From: Desulfomonilia bacterium
GTDB taxonomy: Bacteria; Desulfobacterota; Desulfomonilia; UBA1062
NCBI GenBank assembly: GCA_963664325.2
Contig: CAXXDQ010000007.1
Span: 416,001-480,000, forward strand
Length of the DNA stretch: 64,000 nt
Reading direction: 5' to 3'
In this document: piece after piece, positions 1 through 9,815 of the stretch
Layout of the letters: every line of letters begins with the position of its first letter
How positions within the stretch are numbered: the first letter of the stretch is position 1
Made by a program: the position numbers and the translations under genes
Notes under the pieces: model-generated
Seen by the model: only the letters and a program-made list of their open reading frames with translations
What the model was told of the DNA's origin: nothing
Databases searched by the model: none

Positions 1-687
1 AACGATTTTCAATGCTACTGGTTTTATAGCCGGGCCCGACAACCCCCCCGTGATATTGCCAAGAATAGGCTTTTTTGTTTCTTCATCAATCACCATTGCC
101 GGAATGGTATTTATGCATGTCAGGGCATCCGCTCCAGCCTCCTGGGCAGAGACGGCCATTTTGCATATATCACTGGACATTGGGGATAGCTTTACTAACA
201 GTGGTTTTTGAGTCTTTCTCCGAACTATTTCAACAAGCTCTCCTAGAACTTCGGGATCCCTGCCGAACTGGATACCACCCATTTTTACGTTCGGACAACT
301 GACATTCATCTCAAGGGCTGCAACACCATCAATGCTCAACATTTCTGCCAAAAGTACATATTCTTCCTCTGAATTTCCAAAAAAATTGACAATGACTGGG
401 GTCTCAAACCTCTTTAGAAAAGGGAGTTTCTCTTTAAGAAACAAATCAATTCCCACATTCTCAAGCCCTATTGCATTGACCATACCGGAGGCAGTCTCGG
501 CTACCCGAGGTGTTGCATTTCCTTCTTTTGGTTTAAAGGAAATCCCTTTGGTTACAATACCTCCCATTTTATTCAGATCAAGAATCTTTGAAAATTCTTG
601 ACCATATGCAAATGTTCCTGAGGCATTCATAACCGGATTTTTAAGTATCAGGCCGCGCCCCAGATCAACATTTAAATTAGCTTGCAT
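1..687 (-). CDS. pyrD: Dihydroorotate dehydrogenase B catalytic subunit (3' end runs off the window)
   Basis: Manual translation from ATG at 687: MQANLNVDLGRGLILKNPVMNASGTFAYG, later NAIGLENVG and VNCPN motifs. TGATG overlap with pyrK. Not in the ORF track because it is truncated. Confidence 0.92.
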   Translation of the reverse strand, partial: MQANLNVDLGRGLILKNPVMNASGTFAYGQEFSKILDLNKMGGIVTKGISFKPKEGNATPRVAETASGMVNAIGLENVGIDLFLKEKLPFLKRFETPVIVNFFGNSEEEYVLLAEMLSIDGVAALEMNVSCPNVKMGGIQFGRDPEVLGELVEIVRRKTQKPLLVKLSPMSSDICKMAVSAQEAGADALTCINTIPAMVIDEETKKPILGNITGGLSGPAIKPVALKIV

Positions 688-1424
688 CACCATATGATTT
701 CCTCTGCATTGAAAACAGGACCTGCTGCACACACACTTTTATTTCCTGATACTGTTTTTACAACACACCCTGAACATACCCCAAAACCGCATGCCATCTT
801 TTCTTCCAGGGAGACCTGACAGGGGATCCCCGTATTTTTAGATATGGCGGCCACTTCTTTCAGCATTGCCAGAGGTCCGCAGGCATAAATTGCGGATGGG
901 TTTTTGAGATGCATGACCGACAGTAGTTCCGTCACCATTCCTTTATAACCGACTGATCCGTCTTCAGTAGCAATTTCAGCCTTGCCAGGTATATAATCGA
1001 AAGGAATATCTTCATCGGATTTTGCTCCGATCATAAATTTGCCCTTTTTGAGTCTGTTATACAGTGATACCAGCGGCGGAAGCCCTATTCCACCTGCTAC
1101 ATAAACAACCTGCCCTTCCCTATCAATATCAAACCCGTTTCCGAGAGGACCTATAACAGAAACCGTTTCGCCTTCCTTCAGCATGGAAAGTGCTATGGTG
1201 CCTTCCCCCCTTGTTTTGTAAAGCAACACAAGCACTTCATCTTTAAGCTCCATTATTCCCAACGGCCTTCTTAAAAAAGCCCCGTGGGACGGTGCTTTCA
1301 ACATAATAAACTGGCCTGGATGATATGAATCCATACCGCATTCAAGGGTTAACAGATAAGTATTTGCTGCAACCTGTCTATTGCTTATGGCAGTAGATAT
1401 GAACTCTTTCAAGATGTCCTCCAA
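687..1424 (-). CDS. pyrK: Dihydroorotate dehydrogenase electron transfer subunit
   Basis: RRPLGI, GPLGNGF, AGGIG and the 2Fe-2S motif MACGFGVCSGC; adjacent to pyrD. Confidence 0.93.
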   Translation of the reverse strand: MEDILKEFISTAISNRQVAANTYLLTLECGMDSYHPGQFIMLKAPSHGAFLRRPLGIMELKDEVLVLLYKTRGEGTIALSMLKEGETVSVIGPLGNGFDIDREGQVVYVAGGIGLPPLVSLYNRLKKGKFMIGAKSDEDIPFDYIPGKAEIATEDGSVGYKGMVTELLSVMHLKNPSAIYACGPLAMLKEVAAISKNTGIPCQVSLEEKMACGFGVCSGCVVKTVSGNKSVCAAGPVFNAEEIIW

Positions 1425-1446
1425 TAAATTTTAGCTCTGACTACCA

Positions 1447-2127
1447 TTATGACGCCAATTTCCATAGCACTGCAGCCGAAATTCCGAGTATGAACGCACT
1501 CGACCATGAATAACGTGAATGCATACGTTTTCCGACAACAAGACCTGCAAGGCCTATCATAACTGAAATTACCGGCATATATGAAAACACCATCTTGGTT
1601 TTTTCGGGAAGCAATGGGATAATAAACCATGCAATAGCTGATAATAAGTAAATACAAATGGCAGTGATCAGGAGTACCGTTATATAGATTTTCAACAGTG
1701 ATTTAATCATAAGATAATCTATTCTGCTCTGCCAGTCATCTCCGAGTTTTTCAATGATATTTTCATTCCTCTTCATAATATACGTATTCATTTTTCTTCC
1801 GATAATAAGAGATGGGAGGCATAAAACAAGCGCAAATCCTGCTGCAGGAAGATTTTCCATTGTCTGGGCGGCAACTGATGCTACCGGCAAAGCAACCACG
1901 GTACAGAAATTTTCATCATATGGCAGGTACCCTCCAACTGGCGGGGCATAAAGTCCGATAATCTCAAGTGAAATCCCAACGATAAGGGCTAAATGAATAT
2001 TGCCAAGGATCAGGCCGAGAATTACAGAAACAACAACAGGTCTGCTTATCTGTATCTGAAGTGCATACTCTCTGTCCATCCAGAGCAATGCACCAATAAA
2101 TGCTGATGCTGTGATGGATGTAATCAT
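1447..2127 (-). CDS. PTS mannose/fructose/sorbose family IIC-like membrane subunit
   Basis: Hydrophobic; QISRPVV and PVGGYLP motifs; follows IIA and IIB. Confidence 0.8.
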   Translation of the reverse strand: MITSITASAFIGALLWMDREYALQIQISRPVVVSVILGLILGNIHLALIVGISLEIIGLYAPPVGGYLPYDENFCTVVALPVASVAAQTMENLPAAGFALVLCLPSLIIGRKMNTYIMKRNENIIEKLGDDWQSRIDYLMIKSLLKIYITVLLITAICIYLLSAIAWFIIPLLPEKTKMVFSYMPVISVMIGLAGLVVGKRMHSRYSWSSAFILGISAAVLWKLAS

Positions 2128-2615
2128 TCTCCTAGAGTATTGAGTATATACTTAATGTCAATCTCTTTTTCCCTTGGAACAGACTGAAGGTTTATTGATA
2201 CCCCTTTTGACAGCATCTCTTTCAGCATAATTATATCTTCCCTGTTCACCCAGAATGAATACATAAGTTGTTTATCCGCTTCAGATGATCGCATATTGCC
2301 CAGATTAATTTTCCAGGAAATAGCATCATTCTGAACAATCCTGTATGCATCCATAACAGAAGATACTATAACCAAAGTGGTTTTACCGGAAAGTTCAGGA
2401 TCTTCTACAAGGTCTTTCACACTGTCAACATTAACCATTCTGAGTTTAATTCTCTCAGGTACAGCCATTGAAAGTATGGCCATCTGGAACTGGTCTTCAG
2501 CAAGTGCATCATTTGCCACTACAACGCATTGCGCTTTCAGATAAGGTAGCCATGACTCAAGTATTTGGCCATGAATAAGCCTGTCATCAACCCTTATCAT
2601 GACAATATTCATCAC
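2124..2615 (-). CDS. PTS mannose-family IIB component
   Basis: RVDDRLIHGQ signature and INLGN motif. Confidence 0.92.
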   Translation of the reverse strand: MMNIVMIRVDDRLIHGQILESWLPYLKAQCVVVANDALAEDQFQMAILSMAVPERIKLRMVNVDSVKDLVEDPELSGKTTLVIVSSVMDAYRIVQNDAISWKINLGNMRSSEADKQLMYSFWVNREDIIMLKEMLSKGVSINLQSVPREKEIDIKYILNTLGE

Positions 2616-3019
2616 TTTTTCACAGTTGATGCCAGTATTTCAGATGCTATGTATATATTGCTCTTGCCGCTGTCTTTTAACAATTGCGCTATTTCACCAA
2701 TTGATCTGCTTTCTCTTTTTGTTATTGCCCCGATTAACATGGGGAGGTTGACACCTGTTATGACCTCGATTTTTTCTTCGAGAAATGAAAGGCTTATATT
2801 GGAAGGAGTGCCTCCGAACATGTCTGTCAATATTATTACCCCGTCACCATTATTTACTTCTTTTATTGAATTTTTCAGCATTTTCCTGAGTTTTTCCACA
2901 TCGCTCCCCTGACAAAAGGAACATGCTTTTACCCCGTCAATATGCCCTACTATAAGCTCTGCGGTTTCAATCAGTGACTCTGCAAGATTACCATGTGCAA
3001 CAACAAGAATGCCGACCAT
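2612..3019 (-). CDS. PTS mannose-family IIA component
   Basis: MVGILVVAHG, TDMFGGTPSN, GVNLPML. Start placed at 3019 (TAATG overlap with the rapZ stop). Confidence 0.92.
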   Translation of the reverse strand: MVGILVVAHGNLAESLIETAELIVGHIDGVKACSFCQGSDVEKLRKMLKNSIKEVNNGDGVIILTDMFGGTPSNISLSFLEEKIEVITGVNLPMLIGAITKRESRSIGEIAQLLKDSGKSNIYIASEILASTVKK

Positions 3020-3900
3020 TAAAGCCCTCCCTGTGAAAGTTCTCGATGAACAACCTTGCAATTAAATTTTGCTTTCTCGACAAGTTGTCCCACTTCCTCG
3101 GCAATGGCAACCGACCGGTGCCTGCCACCGGTGCAGCCTATTGCAATATTCAGATATGATCTTCCTTCTTTCTTGCATAACGGTAATATGAAAGAAATGA
3201 ATCCTTTAAGTTTCTTAATGAAATTCACATAAACCCTGTGTGAGTTTAGCCATTCCTTAACCTCTGGATCCAGCCCTGTTTTTTTCATGAGATTTTCGAC
3301 AAAATGAGGGTTTGGAAGATATCTGACATCCAGGACAATATCGGCATCAAGGGGAATGCCTTTTTTGAATCCAAAAGATCTTACTTCAACATACATGCCT
3401 TTTGAAGCGGTGACCCTTTTTATTATTTCTTTTATGCGCCCGGCAAATTCATGCACATTCAAGTTTGTAGAATCAATTACAAAATCTGCCATATCTTTTA
3501 TGGGAGTCATAATTTCCCGTTCGGCTTCAATGGCATCCAGCAGATTAGGATAATTATCACTCAAGGGATGACGTCTTCTTGTCTCCTTGAATCTGTTCAA
3601 CATCGACCCAGTCTTTGATTCTATGAAAATAAGTTTGGTTACTGGCATCGTCTGTTTCATTGCTAAAATTGCCTGTTGCGCCATCTGACCGAATACATCC
3701 GCTCCACCTCTGATATCGACTCCAAAGCAAACTCTCGACAGATTCAGGGATGCAAAATCATATATTTCGACAAGTTTTGAAAGCATATCTACAGGGACAT
3801 TGTCCATGCAGAAAAAGCCCTCGTCCTCGATCTCTTTCATTGCGCTGGACTTTCCAGAACCGCTTAATCCTGTAACGATGAGGAATATGGGCTGCTTCAT
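3019..3900 (-). CDS. rapZ: RNase adapter RapZ (YvcJ family P-loop protein)
   Basis: GLSGSGKS, ETRRRHPL, SFGFKKG, DVRYLPNP, IGCTGGRHRSV. Confidence 0.95.
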   Translation of the reverse strand: MKQPIFLIVTGLSGSGKSSAMKEIEDEGFFCMDNVPVDMLSKLVEIYDFASLNLSRVCFGVDIRGGADVFGQMAQQAILAMKQTMPVTKLIFIESKTGSMLNRFKETRRRHPLSDNYPNLLDAIEAEREIMTPIKDMADFVIDSTNLNVHEFAGRIKEIIKRVTASKGMYVEVRSFGFKKGIPLDADIVLDVRYLPNPHFVENLMKKTGLDPEVKEWLNSHRVYVNFIKKLKGFISFILPLCKKEGRSYLNIAIGCTGGRHRSVAIAEEVGQLVEKAKFNCKVVHRELSQGGL

Positions 3901-3912
3901 GCAATCTCCTGC

Positions 3913-5193
3913 CTATAAACCGGATTCTCTGATCCTTTTAATAGCACAAAATTCACCGCACATGGTACATACATCAGAATCGCCTATTTCGCTTGATTCC
4001 CTGAGTTTTCTTGCGTTTTCAGGGTTGAATGAAAGTTCAATCTGAGTTTCCCAATCCAGCTCTTTTCTTGCTTTTGACATGGCAATATCCCTCTCCCACG
4101 CATATTTCATTCCTCTGGCAAGATCAGCGGCATGAGCTGCAATCTTGGATGCTATTACGCCTTCAACTACATGTTCAACCGTTGGCAACCTCAGATGCTC
4201 AGCCGGTGTGACATAGCATAAAAAACTTGCACCCATATAAGCGGCAAGGGCGCCCCCAATAGCACCCGCTATGTGGTCATAACCGCTTGCGCAATCAGTC
4301 ACCAATGGACCAAGGACATAAAACGGAGCCCCTTTGCAAAGAGATTTCTGAAGCCTGATATTTTCTTCAACCATATTAAGAGGTACATGGCCCGGACCTT
4401 CAATCATTGCCTGAACGCCTTTTTCCCTGGCATGTTGGGCAAGTTCTCCCAGGGTTACAAGTTCGGTTATTTGTGAGCGGTCCGTTGCATCTGCAATCGA
4501 GCCTGGCCTCATGCCGTCTCCAAGGGATATGGTGACATCATATTCCGCCAGGACATCCAAAATATCATCATAGTATTCATACAACGGTGATTCCTTGGAA
4601 TTCTTCTTCATCCATGAAACCATGAATGCTCCTCCTCTGCTGACGACATCAAGTACTCTCGTCTGTCGCTGAAGGGCATTTAAAGCATTCAAGTTGACGC
4701 CGGAGTGTATCGTCATGAAATCGACACCTTCTTTAGCCTGGGATTCGATTGTTTTGAGAAAATCTTTAATTGTCATATCAGTGATGTCTTTTTTCTTCCG
4801 GGACAGGTCATAAGCGGTCTGGTAAACAGGTACCGTACCGATCATTACTGGAGAGGCCTTTATTATCTTTTTCCTTATTGAATTGAGACTGCACCCCAGT
4901 GACAGATCCATAACGGCATCGGCGCCATAGGCAACAGCTGCCTTAAGTTTCCTAAGTTCTTCTTTCATATTCATATGGTATGGGGAAGAGCCGATATTGG
5001 CATTTATTTTTGTCCTGAGCCCTTTGCCGATACCTCTTATATATTCCAGGTTTCTTCCACGGTTTTTTGGAATAACTATCGTGCCTTCTGCCAATCCTTC
5101 TCTTATATATTCAGGATTGAGCCCCTCATACCTGGCAACCGACACCATTTCATCCGTTACTATACCTTTCTTAGCCTGCTGTAATAATGTCAT
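3913..5193 (-). CDS. thiC: Phosphomethylpyrimidine synthase ThiC
   Basis: KINANIG, SRGG, LGDGMRPG, EGPGHVP, YVTPAEHL, CTMCGEFCA. Confidence 0.97.
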   Translation of the reverse strand: MTLLQQAKKGIVTDEMVSVARYEGLNPEYIREGLAEGTIVIPKNRGRNLEYIRGIGKGLRTKINANIGSSPYHMNMKEELRKLKAAVAYGADAVMDLSLGCSLNSIRKKIIKASPVMIGTVPVYQTAYDLSRKKKDITDMTIKDFLKTIESQAKEGVDFMTIHSGVNLNALNALQRQTRVLDVVSRGGAFMVSWMKKNSKESPLYEYYDDILDVLAEYDVTISLGDGMRPGSIADATDRSQITELVTLGELAQHAREKGVQAMIEGPGHVPLNMVEENIRLQKSLCKGAPFYVLGPLVTDCASGYDHIAGAIGGALAAYMGASFLCYVTPAEHLRLPTVEHVVEGVIASKIAAHAADLARGMKYAWERDIAMSKARKELDWETQIELSFNPENARKLRESSEIGDSDVCTMCGEFCAIKRIRESGL

Positions 5194-6209
5194 GAGATTT
5201 CTCCAAAAGTATTCAGGAATGACATTTCCTCATAAGGATCCTTCGCATCCTGAACCGCGCTTATAACAGCGATATTGTTTAATCCTGTTCCGGAAAGCTC
5301 CCTCATATTATGTCTGTTTATTCCGCCTATGGCAACAACCGGATGACTTGATTTTCTTACTGCCTCTTTCAATACATCAACACCTGTAACTGGGTCAGGT
5401 ATTTCTTTAGAATAAGTTTTCCAGACAGGTCCGAACCCGATATAATCAATCGGTTTATTACCTGCCGCCACAACCTGTGAAAGATTATGTGTTGAAAGTC
5501 CTATAAGAAAACTTTCGCCAAGGAAATCTCTTGCCTGTTCAGGTTCCATATCATCCTGACCCAGATGAACTCCGTCGGCTTCGCAGAGTCTGGCTATATC
5601 CAGTCTGTCATTAACAATAAAGAACGTCTTTGAACCCCTGGTAATTTCTCTTATTTTGAACGCAGTCATCATCAATTCCCTGTCAGATCCCTTTTTCTGC
5701 CTCATCTGTATTGCAGGAAGGCAGGCTCTTACTGCCATTTTTGCTATATTCTCATAACCTGCAGCAGGATCGGTAATCACCAGGTAAAGACCTTTGCCCA
5801 GATATTTTTTACTTATTTTTGCACAGACTTTTTTTTCTATATCATACAATTCATATCTCAGTTTTTTCATAACCGATGATATGTCTTTTTCCCCGAGTTT
5901 ATACACTTCCTCAAGAACTCTAAGTCCTTCCTCCGCTCTTTTAATGTTTGCCGAGGCGATGTCCCTCAGTTCCGATCTTTCATATTCATTTGCACCTGTT
6001 GATGAAAAACCAACGTCATCAATGGATTCCCTCGATGAAATCACTGCAGCCCGGTTAACAGTTGCTATAAGTTTGTGGCGCATATTTTTCAGTCCCTGCT
6101 GAATTTCTCCGCAGACAATGCTGTAGCGAAAAATATCTTCCACCACTCGGAGCCCTTCTGTTATGCGATTGATATTCGCATCTGTTATGCGGTCAGTATT
6201 ATAGGTCAT
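5190..6209 (-). CDS. thiE: Thiamine-phosphate synthase with N-terminal ThiD2-like domain
   Basis: N-terminal DANINRITEGLRVVED; C-terminal VNDRLD, GVHLGQDD, GLSTH, AIGGI. Start placed at 6209 (TAATG overlap with thi4). Confidence 0.92.
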   Translation of the reverse strand: MTYNTDRITDANINRITEGLRVVEDIFRYSIVCGEIQQGLKNMRHKLIATVNRAAVISSRESIDDVGFSSTGANEYERSELRDIASANIKRAEEGLRVLEEVYKLGEKDISSVMKKLRYELYDIEKKVCAKISKKYLGKGLYLVITDPAAGYENIAKMAVRACLPAIQMRQKKGSDRELMMTAFKIREITRGSKTFFIVNDRLDIARLCEADGVHLGQDDMEPEQARDFLGESFLIGLSTHNLSQVVAAGNKPIDYIGFGPVWKTYSKEIPDPVTGVDVLKEAVRKSSHPVVAIGGINRHNMRELSGTGLNNIAVISAVQDAKDPYEEMSFLNTFGEIS

Positions 6210-6979
6210 TAAAGCTTTTCCATTATTGAAGCAGCGGCCTTCTGGCCGGACAAAAGCATGCCCCCGAATATAGGCCCCATTCTGTATCCGCCATAAACGG
6301 CATTTGCTGCCATTCCTGAAACAAAAAGTCCGGGAAAACATTCGCGTGTATTTTCAACAGTATGAATTTCACCCAGTTCTGCATCCATTGATTTTTCACC
6401 CAGCATTTCTCCGGTTGGTGTGTTGAGTTTAACTCCCATTTTTTTTAAAAGTACCCCGACGACCTCAGCCGGATGGCCAGTTGCATCAAGTACATATTTT
6501 GAATGAACAGTCAGGGGGTCTACATGAAGTTTATTAAGTTCCACAGGTGTCCAGTTTATGACTAGTCCTGTAACTGTACCGTTTTTAAAAACAACATCTT
6601 CCATCGAAACCAGATTGAATATTTTAAGACCAGCCTTGACCGATTTATATATCAGGGTCGAGACTGCTTCAACGGCGTCAATCGTATAATATCCTTCCTC
6701 GTACATTTTCGCATCTATATCGAATTCATCAATGAGAGTTTTAGCGGTATTCTGGACTACTATCTCATTGAACATCATGCCCCCGCCCCACATCCCACCG
6801 CCTGCCGCAAGTTTTCTCTCGAACATGGCAACTTTTTTACCGGCTTTAGCAAGATAATATCCGCAAACAAGACCGGAGGGACCTCCTCCGACTATTGCCA
6901 CATCAATATCCAGAGCATTTTTTAGCTTCTGAAAATAAGTATCAAGTATAGCTCTGGTTATTGTCGCCTCATTGAGCAT
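6209..6979 (-). CDS. thi4: Sulfide-dependent adenosine diphosphate thiazole synthase (Thi4, His variant)
   Basis: GGGPSG FAD motif, [33 protein letters not shown]. Confidence 0.93.
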   Translation of the reverse strand: MLNEATITRAILDTYFQKLKNALDIDVAIVGGGPSGLVCGYYLAKAGKKVAMFERKLAAGGGMWGGGMMFNEIVVQNTAKTLIDEFDIDAKMYEEGYYTIDAVEAVSTLIYKSVKAGLKIFNLVSMEDVVFKNGTVTGLVINWTPVELNKLHVDPLTVHSKYVLDATGHPAEVVGVLLKKMGVKLNTPTGEMLGEKSMDAELGEIHTVENTRECFPGLFVSGMAANAVYGGYRMGPIFGGMLLSGQKAAASIMEKL

Positions 6980-7091
6980 GAGTCATCCTCCGGAATTCTT
7001 TTATGCCCTGATATAATCATTACCCGGTAGTGTCAATGGCACGTTTTTTAATGTTGAATTGGACAGTGTTCTTATCATAATATAGTTACCC

Positions 7092-7844
7092 ATGAACAAT
7101 CTTTTTGACAAAGCCTCTAACGGCATAATGGGGTTATGGACAACAGTTACTACTGTCATTTATACGATTCTGCTGGGCATTCCCGTAATATTTATTTCTT
7201 TGGTTAGCAAAACAGGCAAACTTCCTTTCAAATTGGGGTGTGTCTGGTCCTGGCTGATCTTAAAGACAAACAGGGTGAGAATACAGGTGATCGGGCTTGA
7301 AAAATTCGCCAGAGAAAAATCTTATGTTTTCATATCAAATCATACCAGCAATCTTGACCCTCCGGCAGCAGTACTGGCAATACCGCAAACTCTTAGATTT
7401 ATCGGTAAAAGTTCTCTTGCAAAAATTCCGATATTCGGCTGGGCAGCCAAGCTAGGACGAATGATTTTTATTGATAGATCAAATCATGCAAAGGCGGTGG
7501 AAACAATAAACAAAGCTATAAAAGATTTGAAGGACGGAATCAGCGCCTTTTTCTTCGCCGAAGGAACACGCAGTGCCGATGGCGTTCTTCAGTCATTTAA
7601 AAAAGGCGGCGTGGTCCTCGCCTTGAAAGCCAAATTACCAATCATCCCGATTACAATAATCGGCAGCTACCGTCTGTTGCCCAAAAGCGCCATAAGGATA
7701 AGACCCGGCATATTAAAAGTCATAATCGGTGATCCTATTGACACAAGTGCCTATTCTGATGAGGATAAAGACATCCTGCTTCAAAAGATCAGGAATGTCA
7801 TTCAGGAGACACTTAATAAGCACAGTCTGCCTGTAACTGCCTGA
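7092..7844 (+). CDS. plsC: 1-acyl-sn-glycerol-3-phosphate acyltransferase
   Basis: NHTSNLD (HX4D), FIDRS, EGTRS motifs. Confidence 0.9.
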   Translation: MNNLFDKASNGIMGLWTTVTTVIYTILLGIPVIFISLVSKTGKLPFKLGCVWSWLILKTNRVRIQVIGLEKFAREKSYVFISNHTSNLDPPAAVLAIPQTLRFIGKSSLAKIPIFGWAAKLGRMIFIDRSNHAKAVETINKAIKDLKDGISAFFFAEGTRSADGVLQSFKKGGVVLALKAKLPIIPITIIGSYRLLPKSAIRIRPGILKVIIGDPIDTSAYSDEDKDILLQKIRNVIQETLNKHSLPVTA

Positions 7845-7889
7845 TTCAAGTCTCGGCTAAGATGATCTTGCGCGATTAAGGAGGCCATT

Positions 7890-9758
7890 TTGTGGAAAGA
7901 TGAATATGAGAGAAAAAAAGTTTCTCCGAAACAAATAAAGGATATAATCCGCCCAGGTTCAAGGGTGTATATTGAAACAGGATGCAGTGAGCCTCAGTAT
8001 CTTGTCAAAGAACTTATACTCGAAAACAAAGAGTTAAGCGACGTAGAGATATATACTTCCATTCCTTTAAGTGCATATTCAGATTTCGGGGGCGAATACG
8101 GCTCCCGTTTCAGGATGAAATCATTTTTTATATCTCCAAATGTAAGTTCTGCTTTCGAAGAAGGAAGCGCAGATCATATGCCGCTTTCTTCCATAGGGCT
8201 TACCAAATTGTTTTCTCGGGGCTATATCAGGATTAATACCGTTATCATTCAACTCAGCCCGCCTGACAAACAGGGTTTTATGAGCCTGGGGATAACAGTC
8301 GATCTGGCAAAAATTATAATAGAGAAATCAGATATTGTTATCGCACAGGTGAATTCTTACATGCCCCGGACCTTTGGTGATGGTTTTGTTCATATTAACA
8401 AGGTGGATTATATTATTGAAAAAGATGAGCCTCTTCTGGAAATACCTCAGGAAGACCAGGATTCCGAAACGCTTAAAGTCGGAGAGAACATAGCAAAACT
8501 GATTGATGATGGTTCAACTATTCAGGTCGGATTCGGCCGGATCCCAAATTCCGCATTACTGGCATTGAAAAATAAAAAAGATCTGGGTGTTCATTCGGAA
8601 ATAATCACTGATGAAATCTGTAATCTCATGAATGACGGCGTAATAACCAACATTAAAAAAGACACCGACAACGGCAAAACCGTTGCCAGCCTCTGTATAG
8701 GGACTTCAAAAGTATTTGAATTCGTTAATGACAATCCAAGTGTTGAGATGAAAAACCTCAGCTATACGACAGATCCCCAGAACATTCTTTCACACAAGAA
8801 AATGATAGCAATAAACGGCGCTGTTGAGATAGATCTTACAGGTCAGTCATGTGTGGGCATGAGTGATAATGTCGGATATTTCGGGGCTCTTGGACATGCA
8901 ACATTCAACCGAACCGCAATGCTCTGTGAAGGGGGAAAAGGAATAATTGCCTTGAGATCAACTTCGCGCGACGGCAAATTTTCCCGTATCGTTCCTGAAT
9001 TTACAGATAATAAAATAGGAATTATTACCACACAGGCTGATATACATTATGTCGTGACTGAATTCGGGCATGCCGATCTTTTTGGCAAATCCATCAGGGA
9101 AAGGGCATTGGCTTTAATAACCATTGCACATCCTAAATTCAGGACATGGCTTTTACAGGAGGCAAAACGCTTAAACTATGTCTACAAAGACCAGTTTTTA
9201 CCTCCGGAAAATGCTCCATACCCAGTGAAATACGAAAGGGAACTTTTCATGAGAGGAGAAAAACTCATGGTCCGCCCGATTAAGATAACTGACGAAAGGG
9301 GCATACAGGATCTTTTTTATACAATGAGCAGAAATGACAAGTTTTACAGATTTTTAAGGAATGTTTCAGCCTTGCATCATCAACAGGCCCAACCTCTTGT
9401 AAGTTCGGATTATATTAATTCCATGGCGCTTGTAGTTATGCATTCAAGCTTGAAGGAAGAAGGAATTATTGCCGTGGCTCATATTGCACGTGAAATCAAA
9501 GAAAATATGGATGATGTCTGTGAATTTGCCGCCATGGTTCATCCTAACTGGCAGAATATAGGGATAGGGACATTCTTATTGAAGTATATTCTCGGAATAG
9601 CACAAGACATAGGCTTTAGAAAAATGATTGCATACATATGGGAGGATAATATTCAGATGCTGAAGGTCTTCAGCAATACAGGCCTCCCTCTCAAACAGAA
9701 TACAACCAACCGTGTATGCGTAGCAGAATTGGATCTGACTCATCACAAAGCTGAGTGA
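7890..9758 (+). CDS. Acetyl-CoA hydrolase/CoA-transferase domain fused to C-terminal GNAT acetyltransferase
   Basis: DGSTIQVGFGRIP, LGVHSE, VVTEFG, RERALALITIAHPKFR; then VRPI...VHPNWQNIGIGTFLL. Confidence 0.88.
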   Translation: MWKDEYERKKVSPKQIKDIIRPGSRVYIETGCSEPQYLVKELILENKELSDVEIYTSIPLSAYSDFGGEYGSRFRMKSFFISPNVSSAFEEGSADHMPLSSIGLTKLFSRGYIRINTVIIQLSPPDKQGFMSLGITVDLAKIIIEKSDIVIAQVNSYMPRTFGDGFVHINKVDYIIEKDEPLLEIPQEDQDSETLKVGENIAKLIDDGSTIQVGFGRIPNSALLALKNKKDLGVHSEIITDEICNLMNDGVITNIKKDTDNGKTVASLCIGTSKVFEFVNDNPSVEMKNLSYTTDPQNILSHKKMIAINGAVEIDLTGQSCVGMSDNVGYFGALGHATFNRTAMLCEGGKGIIALRSTSRDGKFSRIVPEFTDNKIGIITTQADIHYVVTEFGHADLFGKSIRERALALITIAHPKFRTWLLQEAKRLNYVYKDQFLPPENAPYPVKYERELFMRGEKLMVRPIKITDERGIQDLFYTMSRNDKFYRFLRNVSALHHQQAQPLVSSDYINSMALVVMHSSLKEEGIIAVAHIAREIKENMDDVCEFAAMVHPNWQNIGIGTFLLKYILGIAQDIGFRKMIAYIWEDNIQMLKVFSNTGLPLKQNTTNRVCVAELDLTHHKAE

Positions 9759-9815
9759 TTGTGCCCTAACATTTTAAATTGCTATGGCCTGTTTGCTCTG
9801 GTATAGCTTCACCGA

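Noticed and set aside
6980-7091. TPP riboswitch upstream of thi4; sigma54-like TGGCACG near 7038
   Set aside because: No recognisable TPP aptamer core and little space. The TGGCACG lacks the -12 GC.
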